A stretch of 63,435 nucleotides of DNA, counting the filler, from Octopus bimaculoides (lineage: Eukaryota), in the NCBI RefSeq assembly GCF_001194135.2. It is 8 parts of 7 records of this genome, joined end to end, with 100 filler letters (N's around TTAATTAATTAA, not from the genome) between each part and the next. Parts side by side here need not be neighbours in the genome. Positions count along the whole stretch, not along the records: positions 60,635 to 63,435 come from NW_026298120.1; 7 more parts are not named here. One strand, given 5' to 3'. Below are positions 61,754 to 63,435 of the stretch, one piece after another. Each line of letters opens with the position of its first letter. Position 1 is the first letter of the stretch. The position numbers and the translations under genes are program-made. The notes below the pieces were generated by a model, which made no database searches, was not told the DNA's origin, and saw nothing but the letters and a program-made list of their open reading frames with translations.

Positions 61754-61908
61754 TTTCGAACTGCCAAATGTAAGGATGTGTCACCATATTTGTCCACCAG
61801 ATTCACTTCGATGCCAGTGTGGTTCAATAAGAGTCGAACCGTGTCTGTGTAACCACAACTACAGGCATAGTGTAGGGGCGTGAAACCATCGATATCTTGT
61901 TGGTTCAC
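61754..61908 (-). CDS. Ankyrin-repeat protein, internal exon
   Basis: Acceptor TTTTTTTCTTTTTTAG|; VNQQDIDGFTPLHYACSCGYTDTVRLLLNHTGIEVNLVDKYGDTSLHLAVR (GxTPLH/GDTSLH ankyrin motifs); donor AA|GTAAGT. Confidence 0.9.
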
Positions 61909-62136
61909 CTAAAAAAGAAAAAAACATTAAAGATGGTGTTTTAAGGGGGTCAGGGTAGAAAAATAAAAAGAAACAAAAAATGAGAAAGAATAAAATTAAT
62001 TAAAGAGGTGGAATGATCGGGGTGGGGAGTAATTAAAGGAGCTTTATATAGTATTTATACACATGCGTATATACAAACATATACATACACACACACATAT
62101 ATATATTATATATATATATGTATGTATATATATATG

Positions 62137-62186
<50 letters not shown>

Positions 62187-62336
62187 AAAAATAGGGTAAA
62201 ATCTTTATAAGAATTTATCAAGTAGTTAGCTTGAAAAACCTAATATGGGAAAAATTTATGCAATGTGTTTATGGTGGTTTTGACTTTAAGAGTCCCTCCT
62301 AGCGTGAGGCATTTATGTATAGTAATGCCCTCAATA

Positions 62337-62371
<35 letters not shown>

Positions 62372-62639
62372 TCCTATCACACACTTACTCCCACACATAT
62401 ACAAACATATGTATATCCGTATAAATGAAGGGGACACGTGCATGAAAGTCGTACTTATGCACCGGACACAGCCTTACACTCATTTACATATAAAATATAT
62501 AGATGCATATACATATATTCACGTACGTACACATTCATACAATTAAAAAGGAAAAAAAGAAAAAAATAGATATAAAAAATAAAAAAAATTAAAAGCAGTG
62601 AAGACATATGGGAAGCTTGTGCAGGAACACAGTAAAAAT

Positions 62640-63200
62640 TTGGATTCTAATTGTGATCTTGTGGGGTCCTGAAATCATAACATGTATTTTGTCAGTTCTT
62701 GAACTTAGACATGTATCGGGGTCCAAGGAGCTTTTCTAGATGAGTCATCTTTCCATATTACAAAGACCACACTTGCCACTAGCGTTGGTGTAAGGTTTAC
62801 ACTTGGCTGAGATCTTCCATTAAATCCTGTAGCTGACACCTAATTCTTTTAAGAACCATATATAACTGGATACTTTGGTAGCTTTTCATTTATTCCAGTG
62901 TCTAAAGCTGAAGATGGTTGAACCTTGCTTTGAAATTTCCCTCTGTGAGACCCATATTCCCTTTTGATGAAACCGTTATTCGTAGAATTTATGGCGGCCC
63001 CGGTCATACAGGCTCCATTTAGCAGGCACAAGTCTTCATCTTTGTAGGAACAACTGGCTTCGTGTTGTTGTTTTGCATTGTGTGTAGTTATGTTGTTAAA
63101 ATTTGGAGCTGAACTAAAACGAATTTTTAGGTTATGCCTATGAAAGAGTTTCCCAATAAACAGCCAACGAGAATGCATCGTAACTCTTTGCTCCGACATT
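62640..63200 (-). mobile_element. Degenerate Penelope-like element, RT-EN linker and GIY-YIG region
   Basis: KLFHRHNLKIRFSSAPNF...SCSYKDEDLCLLNGAC and WKISAKCKPYTNASGKCGLCNMER match PLE linker (CxC..CPLxGxC) and GIY-YIG C-terminal motifs; frameshifts and stops. Confidence 0.8.
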
Positions 63201-63312
63201 GAAAACTCTGAGTACTGTAATGACAACTTTTACTGTTTGTTCTCAATTATAACATATATAAATAATCCTCTATTTCTCTAATAATGAGGTCTCGTTCTTT
63301 GTTGTTACTTTT

Positions 63313-63350
<38 letters not shown>

Positions 63351-63435
63351 GGTGGTGCTCCAGCATGACCACAGCCACTTGGCTGAAACCCATAAATAAA
63401 TAATATATCCCATTCCTTACACCCCACCCCTACAC

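Overview
AT-rich, microsatellite- and SINE-dense animal genomic DNA from a gapped draft assembly. The SINE families and repeat landscape suggest an octopod cephalopod such as Octopus (inference). Three protein-coding genes are supported. (1) TMED2/p24beta on +: exons 9241-9429, 16545-16740 and 17792-17899; the last coding exon is not visible and is probably in a gap. (2) An intact, intronless 1060-aa PDE5/6/11-family GAF-GAF cyclic-nucleotide phosphodiesterase (32967-36149, +) with all catalytic metal ligands, cGMP-type specificity residues, eroded GAF nucleotide motifs and a C-terminal CaaX box (CVIS); it is probably a retrogene. (3) An ankyrin-repeat gene on - with two in-frame spliced exons (61754-61908, 60789-60825) that the ORF track misses. 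The rest is mostly mobile DNA: a dead DD37D (maT) Tc1/mariner, several MITEs, RTE, Tx1, R4/Dong-like and Penelope-like fragments, and tRNA-derived SINEs. Several Penelope-type ends carry minimal type I hammerhead ribozyme motifs. One is structurally complete (13519-13564, -), and a tandem pair shares an unusual A6U core change (26601-26637, 26946-26981). Seven 100-bp N44-TTAATTAATTAA-N44 blocks are scaffolding placeholders, so order and distance across them are uncertain. All alignments were done by eye from recalled family motifs; no database searches were run.
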